Both the position numbers and the translations under genes were made by a program. A stretch of 64,000 nt of DNA from assembly GCA_010909165.1 (NCBI GenBank), contig VJWM01000116.1, positions 682,001 through 746,000 of the forward strand, read 5' to 3'. Below the pieces are notes generated by a model. It saw only the letters and a program-made list of their open reading frames with translations. It did no database searches and was not told the DNA's origin. Of this stretch, positions 42,488 to 53,161 are shown piece after piece; positions within the stretch are counted from its first letter, which is position 1, and the number at the start of each line of letters is the position of its first letter. Source of the stretch: Anthoceros angustus (Eukaryota; Plantae; Anthocerotophyta).

Positions 42488-42745
42488 TGTAGTCATCTCT
42501 AACGTGTTCGTATGGCTCTACTGAATTATTTACCTTCATGAACACAACATCCTTGTGTCGACGCATAATTTCATTGACGAACACCTTGCAGTACAAGCAG
42601 TGGCGGACCCACTCCTTCTTCTCATGAGAAAGCCAGGCTGCTCGAACATCTCGCGGAACCATTACAAATAGCAGCCCCCAAATTAGTATGATTGTCTTCA
42701 TACAAGCCAATCTCGGCAAACCATGGGCCACAATAATCGCTTTAC

Positions 42746-44950
42746 GAGATAGGCGCCTCCCTGCACGAAGATGGGCGGGGAGGCGGCGGAGCAGCACCGG
42801 ACCAGCCGAGGCCCGAAGCTCGCGACAAGGAGATGGAGGATCTCGGGACTCGGCTCCGTGAGGTGGAGCAGCGGGGAGATGGAAGACCCAGGAGACGGAG
42901 GCTGCGGCTTCAAACTACCATTGAGAGGAATGGTGATGCGGGGCGGCGTGTGGCAGAGCAGGAAATAAGCGGCTCCGGCTACATTGGCGGAGAGTCGATG
43001 CTGGCGATGGAGCAGGGGCGGGGCGTCGCCGAGATGGAGAAGAACTGGCGAAGCCCATGAGCGTTGCCCAATGCAGAGAGGAGATGGCGGAGTTAACGGC
43101 CGGAATGGAAGAGGCGGAAGCGAGACAAAACTGCTGGTCCGATTGAGGAAGGCGGAAGGAGCATGCGTTATGGTGGTAGTGGCGGGGCAGGCAGCGGGAG
43201 TTGGGCGGTGGAGCAACGGCGGTTGCGGGGAGGTGGCCAGGCGGCCTCGGCGTGAGCGGCTCCGGCTATCAAACTGGCGGGGAGGTGGTCCAACAAGCGG
43301 CAACACGCTCGAGCACCTATGGCGAAGGGGTATCGGTGCTCCGGGCACCGTGGAAGAGCAATTCAACAAGTGGATTCGGACTTTGCCTATTACCATCTGA
43401 GCTCACAGGCGGTAGAAGCCTCTCGCCCAGCAAATAAACGGACCTGGAAGGCTCGGAGGGGAAGAAGGGCATGGGGGCGGCCAGGGACTCTAGTGGCCTG
43501 TTTGGAGAGGCAGAGGGAGAAGAGCCTCAAGAGGCGAGACTAGCGGACCCCGAGTAAGTTCACACTTTGCTCGGGAGAAGGAGTGGCGGCCAGAAAGGGG
43601 CGCGGGGAGCCAACCCGACCCAAGACAAGGGTCGGGGTAGGGATGAGGACCTAGCGATGCAGGTCCACAGATAAAGGGGTCGGAGCTTGGGGACGGACCC
43701 GGAATAAGTTCGGACCACGAGGTCCGAACCCAGGCAGGCGGACCCAGTGGCCGGACTCGAGAAATAAGCGGACTCACAGGTTCGGACTCGGTCGAGGCCG
43801 GACCTCGAGGTCCGGACTTGGCGATGAGAGAGCCCCTTCGCTAGGGAAGCGGTGGCGGTGGCCCCAGGAGGACCACAGGAGGCGAGGAGGATGGCGTTGT
43901 AGCGGTCGTCGACCGCCAGCCGTGCGGAGTTCGGGAGGAGGGTCCGCCTCGCGGATCATCCGATTGGGTGCGCCATAGCTGTCGGGGCGGAGATTGGACC
44001 ACCAATCCCAAGGCGGAACCGGACCTTCCAGCCCACCCAGCGAAGGAGATAGGGGAGGAATAGGATGGTAGGCGGCCGATTAGGGTATCTTGGGCGGCCA
44101 TCGGCTCGAGAATAGGGGTGTAATAAAGGCCGACTTGGGCGTAGTATAAGAGGGTGCTCAATAAATCATCTTTCTCTTGGTGTTGATCGCGTTCTTGCAG
44201 ACCTTTGTGTGTCTTCTTGCTAACGTGAGTCTGAGTCAGCGGCGAGCGCAGCCCTCGGAGATTGATCAGGTCGGTGACGGACCTAACGTGTTGTGGTGTG
44301 TGCGGTGGCGTGGGACCGTGCTGCGTCGAGCGGCCCCAGCCGGGGCCGGACGTGTGATGGAGGGACTCGGAGGCGTCTGAGCCGGACGGAGGCGGCGAGC
44401 AGCGGAGGTCGGGGCGCGTAACCAGCTAGGCGATAAGGTGTGTGAGTGGAGAGAGGAGCGGGTGGAGGTGTGAGTGTGGCGAGCGTGAGCGATCTGGACT
44501 TGACAGGTCTTAAGCGTTTGGCCATCGGGCTGTCGGTGACGTTGCAGTAGATGAGCGGTAGTATGAATGTGCGTTGGGGGTGAGCGTAAGTAAGGCGAGA
44601 ATCGCTGAAGCAGCGCAAGCAGACTGTCATTCCCCAGGAGCGGACTCCTTCCTACAACAACACGGGATTGTCTTTCGGTGGCCGTCGTAGTCGCGCCACA
44701 TGTAGTCATCTCTAACGTGTTCGTATGGCTCTCTTGAATTATTTACCTTCATGAACACAACATCCTTGTCGGCATAATTTCATTGACGAACACCTTGCGG
44801 TACAAGCGTGGCGGACCACTCCTTCTTCTCATGAGAAAGCTGCCGGTGCTTTCGAACATCATGAACCATTACAAATAGCACCCCAAATTAGTATGATTGT
44901 CTTCATACAAGCCAATCTCGACAAACCATGGGCCACAATAGCACTTTACA
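42746..44950. repeat. Indel-rich tandem duplicate of ~40515-42745 (3' part of the insert plus adjacent transposase)
   Basis: Repeats GTGGAAGAGCAATTCAACAAGTGGATTCGGAC, the TATA/AATAAA block and the same CGCCACA/TGTAGTCATC junction at ~44700. Confidence 0.88.
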
Positions 44951-46329
44951 CGAAAGTTAGCTTGACATCCATGCTTCACTCTCTCCTCCCAATTTTGCAC
45001 TTCTTGTTTGAACACTTAAGAGGCCTTGAGGACTAGATTGCCGAAAATCCTCGGGCCCATATGAACCCGATGCGCGCGTTGAGCGTGCAGTCAGTTCCTC
45101 ACATGACAGTATAAGTAAGGCTACCCTAAATCCCACAAGTCACTGTCCTGTTCAGTGAGTGCCACATGTAAGATAAGGTGAAGTGAAGACTACCAGTTAA
45201 AGTCAACGGAGAAAAATCAGGATGGTACCTCGTGTAGGAAAGGGCTGTGTGGACAGACTGTGTTATAGGTTTCAAGAGGTTGTTGGGTCCCTTTGAATCC
45301 TTCTTATAGAAATTTGTTGGATGCTCTTTGTTTGCGCTCATACCAGCTACAAAGTCCACCACTCTGTCCATCAAGATGTGAGCAACACGAATCATCCGCT
45401 GATGCCCATGTGCCCATTTCGAATGGCTCTGAGAGGAGCACACCCACTCCAAATATGCAGCTGAGAAGTGTCCAGGTTTAGGCAATTGCACCACGAATGG
45501 TGTATCCCGAGGCCGCTCCTCAAAATTTTTGCACTCGGTACGATCCATGTACACTAAGCTCAATCAAAGCTGCCCTTGACAAGTAAGATCATCGGCCTAA
45601 TCTGAACCCCTTTGGTCGGTATGGCGAAACTTTGAACATAGCAGACGTGAATTTGGGCAATTGCTTGAATGAACATTAGGGTTAATGGTGGTTGCCACGA
45701 AGCTAGGTATTGTAAGCGTAATTGGTGCATGGTTTACTATCGCATGATGCCCGCACCGCCACACCGCGCGGAATAGCCTGTTGGTGTACACAACGGGTTC
45801 AGCTCACGGACGGAGGATGGGAACTGGTAAGGCCGTGTCGTTGGGCGAAACGGAATGGCTTTTGGTACCAGCCGTAAGGCCTGGCACAACCATACCGCAC
45901 GGGCTGTGGCAGGCATTAACTTCCATCGGGTATCAATGTGTAGGCCAATTTCCTTATGTGAGTTCTAACACACACAACCAGCTATATTATAATAATAAAG
46001 ATAATCATCCGACCCATTCTTGTTATTGGGGATAAGCCGCAATTTCCATCCTTGCTTCAGAAATATGTTTCCCAACGCTTTGAGTCTGAAGAATTTCCAC
46101 CGCTTCGAAAGTGGTAACAAAGTAAAAATCTCGAAGTGGTAAATTCGCTGGCTCGCGATTTCTTTGCCTTTATCCAGTGGATGAAATGGGGTTAACTGTT
46201 TTAACTTGGGAGAGAGTAAGCTATGTAGGTCGAAACCCTGGGAACGCTTGAGGTCGCCGCATCGACAGGAAGGAGAAAGGACTTCGTGGTGGTGGCTGAG
46301 GACAAGGGAGCTGCCATCGGTGGGGCGGC

Positions 46330-48533
46330 ATGGCGTACGATAGCTATGGCGGAGGGCGGGGGGATTATGCAGGCGGCTACGACGATACCTACGATGATCG
46401 TCCCGAGTTCCGGGATAGCTACCGGGACATTCAGCAGCAGGATCCTGGGTTCGACAGCCCCAACTACGTGCCGGATGTGGTGAAAACCTTTGTGACCTAT
46501 CTCTACAGGCACATCCGGGAGAAGAATACCTACGAGATTCATCAGATGTACGAGGGCAGCTTCCAGAAGCTGAGCGAGCGCATGTTCAAGCAGTCCTACT
46601 GGCCCTCCGTGGAGGCCATAGCTCCGCTGGTGGACAATGACCATGTCTTTTGCCTGCTTTACCGAGAGATGTGGTTCCGCCACGTCTATGCCAGGCTCTC
46701 TCCCACCCTGGAGCAGAGATGCGAGTCCTGGGACAATTACTGCGGTCTCTTCACTGTCGTGCTGCATGGCAATGTCAACATGCAGCTGCCTAACCAGTGG
46801 CTGTGGGATATGGTAGACGAGTTCATATACCAGTTCCAGTCCTTCTGCCAGTACCGCGCCAAGCTTAAGAACAAGACCGAGCATGAGCTGCAGCTGCTGA
46901 GACAGTACGAGGAGGTAATGTTGTTGATGTGGCTTTTTTGCGGCACTAGGTCAGTTTGGTTCGTGATGAACTCCAAGTCGCAGTCTCAGCCTTGTGTCTG
47001 CTGTTCAGGTGTGGAACGTCTACGCAGTTCTGAACTACCTGCAGGCTTTGATTGACAAGTCCATGATCCTCCAAGTTTTGGAGGATGAAAAGGACGGCCC
47101 TGGCCCTTTCACTATAAACGATGGATATGACTACGAGGGAGTTGGCTCCAACGTGCTCCGGGTTTTGGGATATTTCAGTATCATTGGCCTTCTACGAGTG
47201 CACTGTCTGCTTGGGGATTACCAGAGTGGTCTTCGCTATTTGGCCCCAATAGACTTGGGTCAGTCTAGCGTGTGGAACAACAACATTGGGTCCCACATCA
47301 CCACAATTTACTACTATGGGTTTGCCAACATGATGCTAAGACGGTGGGGATAAAATGTGTTTCGTGCTTGCTGTCGTCCCTGCCTGTGCATGCTTGCTTA
47401 CAGTCTCGTGTTATTTTGTCTGCAGCTACACAGATGCAATCAGGGCTTTCAATCAGATATTGCTGTATCTGATCAAGACGAAGCAGTTTCACCAACGCTT
47501 ATCACAGGCTGACCAGATTCACAAGAAAAACGAGCAGATGTATGCCTTACTGGCAATCTGCCTTTCCCTTTCGCCTCATGGTAAGCTTGTCGAAGAGAAT
47601 GTGAACAACCAGCTCAGAGAGAAGTACGCTGAGAAGATGTTAAGGATGCAGAGAAGTGATGAGACTATTTACGATGAGCTCTTTTCATATGCTTGCCCCA
47701 AGTTCATTACCCCCTCTCCACCTAATTACGATGAGCCGCTGGTGAATTACAACCAGGTTAGTGACACGTCTTTTAGGCCATTCCTGTGACCCCTGTTGTT
47801 TCTCGATTTTCTTTTTCCAGTAGAATGTTTCATCCATGTGCTGTTTGGTATCCAGGATGCGTACAGGTTGCAGTTAAAGCTTTTCCTGTCTGAAGTACGG
47901 CAGCAGCAACTGCTTCCAAGTATTCGTAGCTATCTTAAGCTCTACACCACCATTTCCATTGCCAAATTGGCATCTTTCATGGAAATCGATGAACCCACTC
48001 TGAGGTTTGCAATTGCACGCTGCCTTGCATGACATTCGAATTGTGGTATGCTATGATGAAGTTCACTATCTTGGATTTGTGCTTGTTGAAGGGCTCGCTA
48101 AAGGTAGTTGTTGGGTTGACAGGATGGCATTGCTGACCTACAAACATAAGACACACGTAATCGACGACGATGGCAGTATCTTATCCACTGCGGATGTGGA
48201 CTTCTATATAGATGAGGTAGGGCTTCATGAGTTTTGAGTTTCAAGATTTGCTGTCCCTGTTGCGAGTCCAGTTGCCGAAGCTTTGGTCTTCCTTCTGTTT
48301 GCAGGACATGGTCCACATCGCCGATCTGAAAGTGACCAAGCGTTTTGGTGATATGTTCATTCGGCATATTGCAAAGGTATCCTCTTTGCTGGCTAATGCA
48401 TGTTGGTGCTGTACATCTTGAATTCGTGCCCCTTGTGGACCTTTATACATGAGTCATGTGCCAATGGTTGCAGTGTGAGGAGATAGTGGAGGATGTTGGA
48501 CGAATTCGCTTATCGGAGACAGCAGCATTTTGA
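46330..48533 (+). CDS. EIF3L: Eukaryotic translation initiation factor 3 subunit L, multi-exon
   Basis: [20 protein letters not shown]...[32 protein letters not shown]...[65 protein letters not shown]. Last exon [19 protein letters not shown] (TGA 48531-48533). Confidence 0.96.
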
Positions 48534-48916
48534 CATTGCAGCAACTCTATGCAGTGTCTTCGCGGAGTTTGATCGATGCAGGCATGGTCTCAGTCGCACA
48601 CTGTTATGGTGCAGTGTCTGAACCCGAGGTGTTACGCCCTCAATTGTTTTGTAGGACTAGTCATAAATACAGCGAGGGGCCTGTATTCGTACTGATCCAG
48701 CCAATTAGGCACTTTTACTAGGCGGAACATGTACTTTATTTCCGTAATGGAAATTTGAGTTTATCCTGAATTCCGGCTGTTCCATGACTCGTAAGTTCAG
48801 AACGAGCCGGCAACGAGAATCAACCTTCTAGCAAGCTGTATCTGCCTTTCACTCCAGCCCATTACCACTGGAGACTGCTGGCAAAATCGTCCTACAAAAA
48901 AAAGTTCGTCTCAAAC

Positions 48917-49711
48917 TCAGCTGCGCCGGCTTCCCGCAGAAGCCTTGGCTTGCCTGCTCTTCTTCCATGCATTCAGATACAGCCAAGTCTGCCACACGCC
49001 TCCATTGGCAACGTGTGGAACAATGCAGCGAGCCCAGAACGGGTACCCAGGGCCAGGGAGCTTGAGAAGCAGGAAGAAAACCATGCTGAATACCAAGTGC
49101 CACGGGACAGTGGCGTCCTGCACTCCACGCGTCCGCCCTCAACTCAGTACCCAAACCAGCAGCTGCAGGTGCACAACACAAATCCAAGGCAACAGTTGAA
49201 CAAACAGTACCTGCAGCTGCTCCGAAACCTCCAGCACCGTCTCCTTCACAATGCCGGCCAAAGCGCTCCCCACCACAAGCCCAACAGGGACGAAAATCTC
49301 CTTGTTCTGGGCAAGCGCATAGGTGACCTCGCTCAGCGCGGACACAACCACCACCGGGAGCAGCAGCCACCCGCAAGACGTCCACAGCAGGTCCACCATC
49401 CGCTCCCCCAGCCTCACCACCACCTGCTGCCAGGGGAACGTCCGTACAGCTTCAGGCACGATCTCCGCCACACTCCCCCCCTGCCTCCTCTCCTGCTGCC
49501 TCCCAGCGCCATTTTTGGCCTGCGCCACAACCCCCAGTCTCCCGGGCCTCCGCTCCGCCCGGGTGGCCAGCACCGAGCTCCAGCTCCTCCGAAGTGCACA
49601 TCCCCCTCCCCGGACCTGACGCACACTCCCTCTGGAGCACCGCAAGGGCAGTCTGGGAACTCCGGCAGAGATCGCTTGGCTCGAATACGCGGTGCTCGCT
49701 GCCATCGCCAT
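48917..49711 (-). CDS. Plastid-targeted membrane protein, EMB1273 (At1g49510)-like, two exons
   Basis: Ser/Ala/Arg-rich transit peptide, then FPWQQ...SALSEVTYALAQNKEIFVPVGLVVGSALAGIVKET / PWHL...PHVANGGVWQ. The HVANGG motif is recalled from the EMB1273 family. Confidence 0.75.
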
Positions 49712-49947
49712 TTCCCTTCCCGCGCAGAAAGACTCAGGCTGCCAATCCGTCACCACCGCACCCTCGATGCTCCAGCCTCCATTCCATCGCCATGGCGATC
49801 GTTCCGTCCCGTGCTCGCCTGGATCGATCCCGCAAGGAAGCTTCCGATTTCGGTCTAGGGCTTGAAAGTCTCTGTTTAGAGGGGTTATTATATTAGCTCG
49901 AGGGAGTTGTAGGGGATTTGCGTGTTGCAAAATTTGCTTGTGCGAAG

Positions 49948-51724
49948 ATGAAGATGCAACCAGGGGAAGAGTATGAGGCCATGGCAGCGCAGGCCCGGAA
50001 CTATGTGTGGATGGGAGCCATCCCGCTGTATCTGGAGTTACACAAGGATGAGGTCGTCACTCTCCCGGCACCTGCTCCTTTCATGGTAGGTTCCCTGAGC
50101 AATGCTTTGGTTTGCCGCCGGCTTGTTGAATCTGCTGTGCTGACATTGCTGCCCGGGGTGCAGGTCCTGGCTGCCAGGAACGGATACCTGCCGCTGCTTG
50201 TGGACACAATTCGAGCGCATTTTCAAGGCGCGTTGCCTCCAGGCGCGGAGACCGTGTGGTTTGATTACAACGGGTTGCCTTTGAAGTGGTAAAGTAAGCC
50301 GTGGAGGGATTTTTATCAGCAGGTCGCGGTAGCTGCATGTGTCGTGACTCCTGGATTGATGCTGCAGGCATATTCCAACTGGCGTTCTCTTTGATCTGTT
50401 GTGTGTGGAGCCCCAGAGGCCGTGGAGGCTCACGGTAATTTTGCTGTCATGGGAGTCTGCCGAATTGAGTTGTTTAGGTCTAATGTTGAAAGAGCTGAAT
50501 CTCTGTCCTGATTAGGTGCACTTCCGAACTTATCCTTCAGATGTGCTCACGGCCTGTGATGGGGAAGAAGCTGTCAAGTGGAATTTCATCAACGGACTCA
50601 AAGAGGTGTGCAACCAGCTCTTGGAGTTGAGCTTTTGAGTTTTCAGTAGCTTCATCTGCTGATGAAGGCGCTCTTCATGTAGGCATCCTATATCATGTTT
50701 GGAAACACCAAAAGTGTCATGAACCTGTCTCAGGCAGACCAGGTGGAGCTCTGGCGGTGTGTGTTAAGAGGTCAGTAGAAGCTTTGTGTTTCATGTCATG
50801 CAAACTATGTCCAATTTGATCTTCCATTACCTCTCAGCTATCGTCTGATGTATGATGGAGATGGCAGCTGATGGAGAAGGTTATGATCGCATTTCTATCC
50901 GCCTGAGATCCATTGCACGTCCTTCAACCCGTGGATCTGATGCTTCTGGTACACCAAAGCCGGGTACGCGATTCAAGTACTCGTCTCAGTCTGTTGCCCT
51001 GATCTAGACCATTTAAGCTGACTCCAACAATGGCTTCTCTCAGTGTCGGCATCTGTGTCAAATCCTTCGAAGACTCCACTGCGACTGTACATCAGGGTCC
51101 TGCAAGAAGAGAGTGGAGACTACTTCGATGTGCCGCCTATAACTAGCTGGGACGATGTGGCCTACGCGACAAAGCCCATCGAGATTCCGAAGCCCGACGG
51201 TACCCTGCCACTCCCTTTTTCTTTAGTTACTCGAAGTGAGTAATACAGATGTGAAGAATAATGTTTCTTGTTTTGCAGGAAAGGTTTTCACTCTCAGAGA
51301 CGCGCTCATGAAAGCCGTCCCACACCTCTTCTCCAAGCCACCGGCACAGGACACAGAATCCAGCGACCTTTCAGACGCACAAGAATCCATCTCCAGACTA
51401 GAGCTCGGCGAGTGCGCGTCTGATGCAGCGGAAGAACCGGGCGCGGGCGAGGGCGAGGGCGAGGGCGAAGGCGATTCTTCCACCACCCCAGCCAGCAGGC
51501 CAGAAGATTCCGCCCAGGACGCTGAAGCAGCAGCTGTGGCAGCCAGCTCCGAGTGCAACAAGCCCGCAGCATGTGCGGCAAGTCGCTTCAACGGGATCGT
51601 CAGAATACAAGGTATCGAACCTGACCTGGATTTACCGCTTGACTGGACAGCTCGAAACCTGTCTGGGCCGGAACAGTTTGTTCATGTGACCATCTTCACG
51701 TGGCTAACGCGGCAGAACTTGTAG
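49948..51724 (+). CDS. ATG5: Autophagy protein 5, multi-exon
   Basis: YVWMGAIPL...RNGYLPLL...VWFDYNGLPLKW / HIPTGVLFDLL...PWRLT / VHFRTYP...FINGLKE / ASYIMFG, C-terminal VRIQGIEPDLDLPLDWTARNLSGPEQFVHV. Confidence 0.96.
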
Positions 51725-51971
51725 TCTAGCTATAGCCACAGGGCCTGTTTTATCAAATTAACAAAGGGCTGTACGGCAGTACATGCGCTAATAATCCAAC
51801 TCAAAGTGAAATCTAACTATTAGCTATGTCTATTAGGTACTTTATCAAAATAACAAAGGAATGACAAGTCCTACACAGTTGTGACGTGTGTACATGGAGC
51901 GGCAGGCGGTGGGAATCGGAGCAGCGTGAGCAGTCAGAATCACGGCCGGTCAGAATCGGCCACGAGGCTGC

Positions 51972-53116
51972 CATGGGGAAGACGTCGCATCCCAGCTCGT
52001 GGCTGGGATGGTCCTGGGAATTGGAGGACATGGTGCAGCAGCAACCTCGGGGCAGTGAAGCGAAATCGGACGCCCCGGCTTCGCGCCGGGCCGTGTTCCG
52101 GATCCAGGCCCAGGCCCAGGCGGGGCCGTCTCGAGAGCAGATCCAGGCAGACCGCATCCTGAGCATCGTGCGCAGCATTCCCCCGCCCGCCGCGCTGCAT
52201 TTCCAGGCTCCCGGCGGGGCATTCCGATCGGGGGACGGGGCGGCGTGGCCGTCCGCGGCGGTGCACGGCTTCCCGGCCCAGGCCTGGCTGGAGATCGACT
52301 GGGAGGCGATGCCGGCCAGCGCGGACCCGGCGCGCGGGGCGGGTACAAGCCGGAGCTGGAGCTGGAACTGGAGAAGAGGAGGAGCCGGGTGCGGCACATG
52401 TGCCGGGGAGAGGAAGCAGTGGCAGGTGAGCGGCATCGCGGGAATCCTCAAGTCCCTGGAGCTGGAGGAAGGATCCGTGGTGGCGGACTTCGGTGCGGGT
52501 CCGGCGCTCACGCTGCCGCTGGCGGCCATCTTCCTGGCTTGGTTTTGTCGGAGTGGATCTGAAGCGGAAGAGCGTGGAGCTGCTGCGGCAGCGGGCCGCG
52601 GCGGGGGGATTGCAGAATGTGCGGGCGTGGTGCGGGAGCATCCAGGGTTTCAAGCAGCCGTTCCACGCCTGCGTCGCTCTGCATGCTTGCGGATCCGCCA
52701 CGGACATGGCTCTGGTGCAGGCGCTGGAGCGGGGGTCTGCTTATGTCGTGTCGCCGTGCTGCGTGGGGAAGTTGCAGCTGGAGTGGTGCGGAGTAGGGGC
52801 CCCGGTTGTGTACCCTAGGTCGCGGTGGCTTCGGTCCGCCATCTCCAGGGAGGAGTTTTTGTTTCTTGCTCGGGCCGCGGACTGGAGCAGCTACGACCGG
52901 GATCACACTGACAGCCAGCTGCACGCTCTTTGCAAGGCCGTGGTGGAGCTGGATCGGAACCAGGCGGCCGTGGAGCGGGACTATGTCACTTCCATTTTCT
53001 CGCTACCGAATCAGGGCGCTGGGGTTGTTGGAATCAGCCACATTCTGGTGGGAAAGCCGGATGATGAGTTGCAGAGTCTCTCGGCTAGGACGCGGAGGAG
53101 AAAGCTTTCTCCCTGA
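51972..53116 (+). CDS. SAM-dependent methyltransferase, GSTCD C-terminal / Methyltransf_32-like; apparent frameshift near 52535
   Basis: ERKQWQV...VVADFGAG..LTLPLA in one frame, then FVGVDLK...VALHACGSATDMA...YVVSPCCVGKL...CKAVVELDR in the next. LHACG and PCC are hallmarks of this family. Start uncertain. Confidence 0.8.
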
Positions 53117-53161
53117 CAAAATTGTCTGTGAAGGCCACAACAGGACTTCCTCTTTGGAGCA

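Larger units (their letters stand above)
36279..45563 (-). pseudogene. MULE/SWIM transposase (At4g13970/At1g60560-like family), frameshifted and split
   Basis: RVAHILMDRVVDFVAGMSANKEHPTNF (45126-45563), YGPED...HGCQANFRVK, RDDYM/LRQDVLNI across the insertion, PFCLGIQTPFMLQAMVQYGNNSVLAMDATFGMNKYKY...FIVDD...LCLWHVRKAW (37439-37939), SWIM finger CTCPMGLKGFICKH (36279-36947). Confidence 0.88.
35247..45945 (-). mobile_element. Mutator-like DNA transposon (MULE) with TIRs and 9-bp TSD, interrupted by a nested insertion
   Basis: Left end GCCTACACATCGATACCCGATGGAAGTTAATGC (35247) is the reverse complement of the right end ...GCATTAACTTCCATCGGGTATCAATGTGTAGGC (to 45945). Imperfect similarity extends ~130-150 bp. 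CAATTTCCT flanks both ends (35238-35246, 45946-45954). A transposase lies inside on the minus strand. Confidence 0.92.

Noticed and set aside
37944-44700. Full-length LTR retrotransposon with two LTRs ending at 42487 and 44700
   Set aside because: The sequence between them is duplicated MULE target DNA, not gag-pol, and the second copy lacks the TGTGG 5' end.
46201-46884. 227-aa minus-strand ORF (and similar long ORFs at 48950-49858 and 51813-52707)
   Set aside because: Antisense to well-supported genes (eIF3L, EMB1273-like, methyltransferase).
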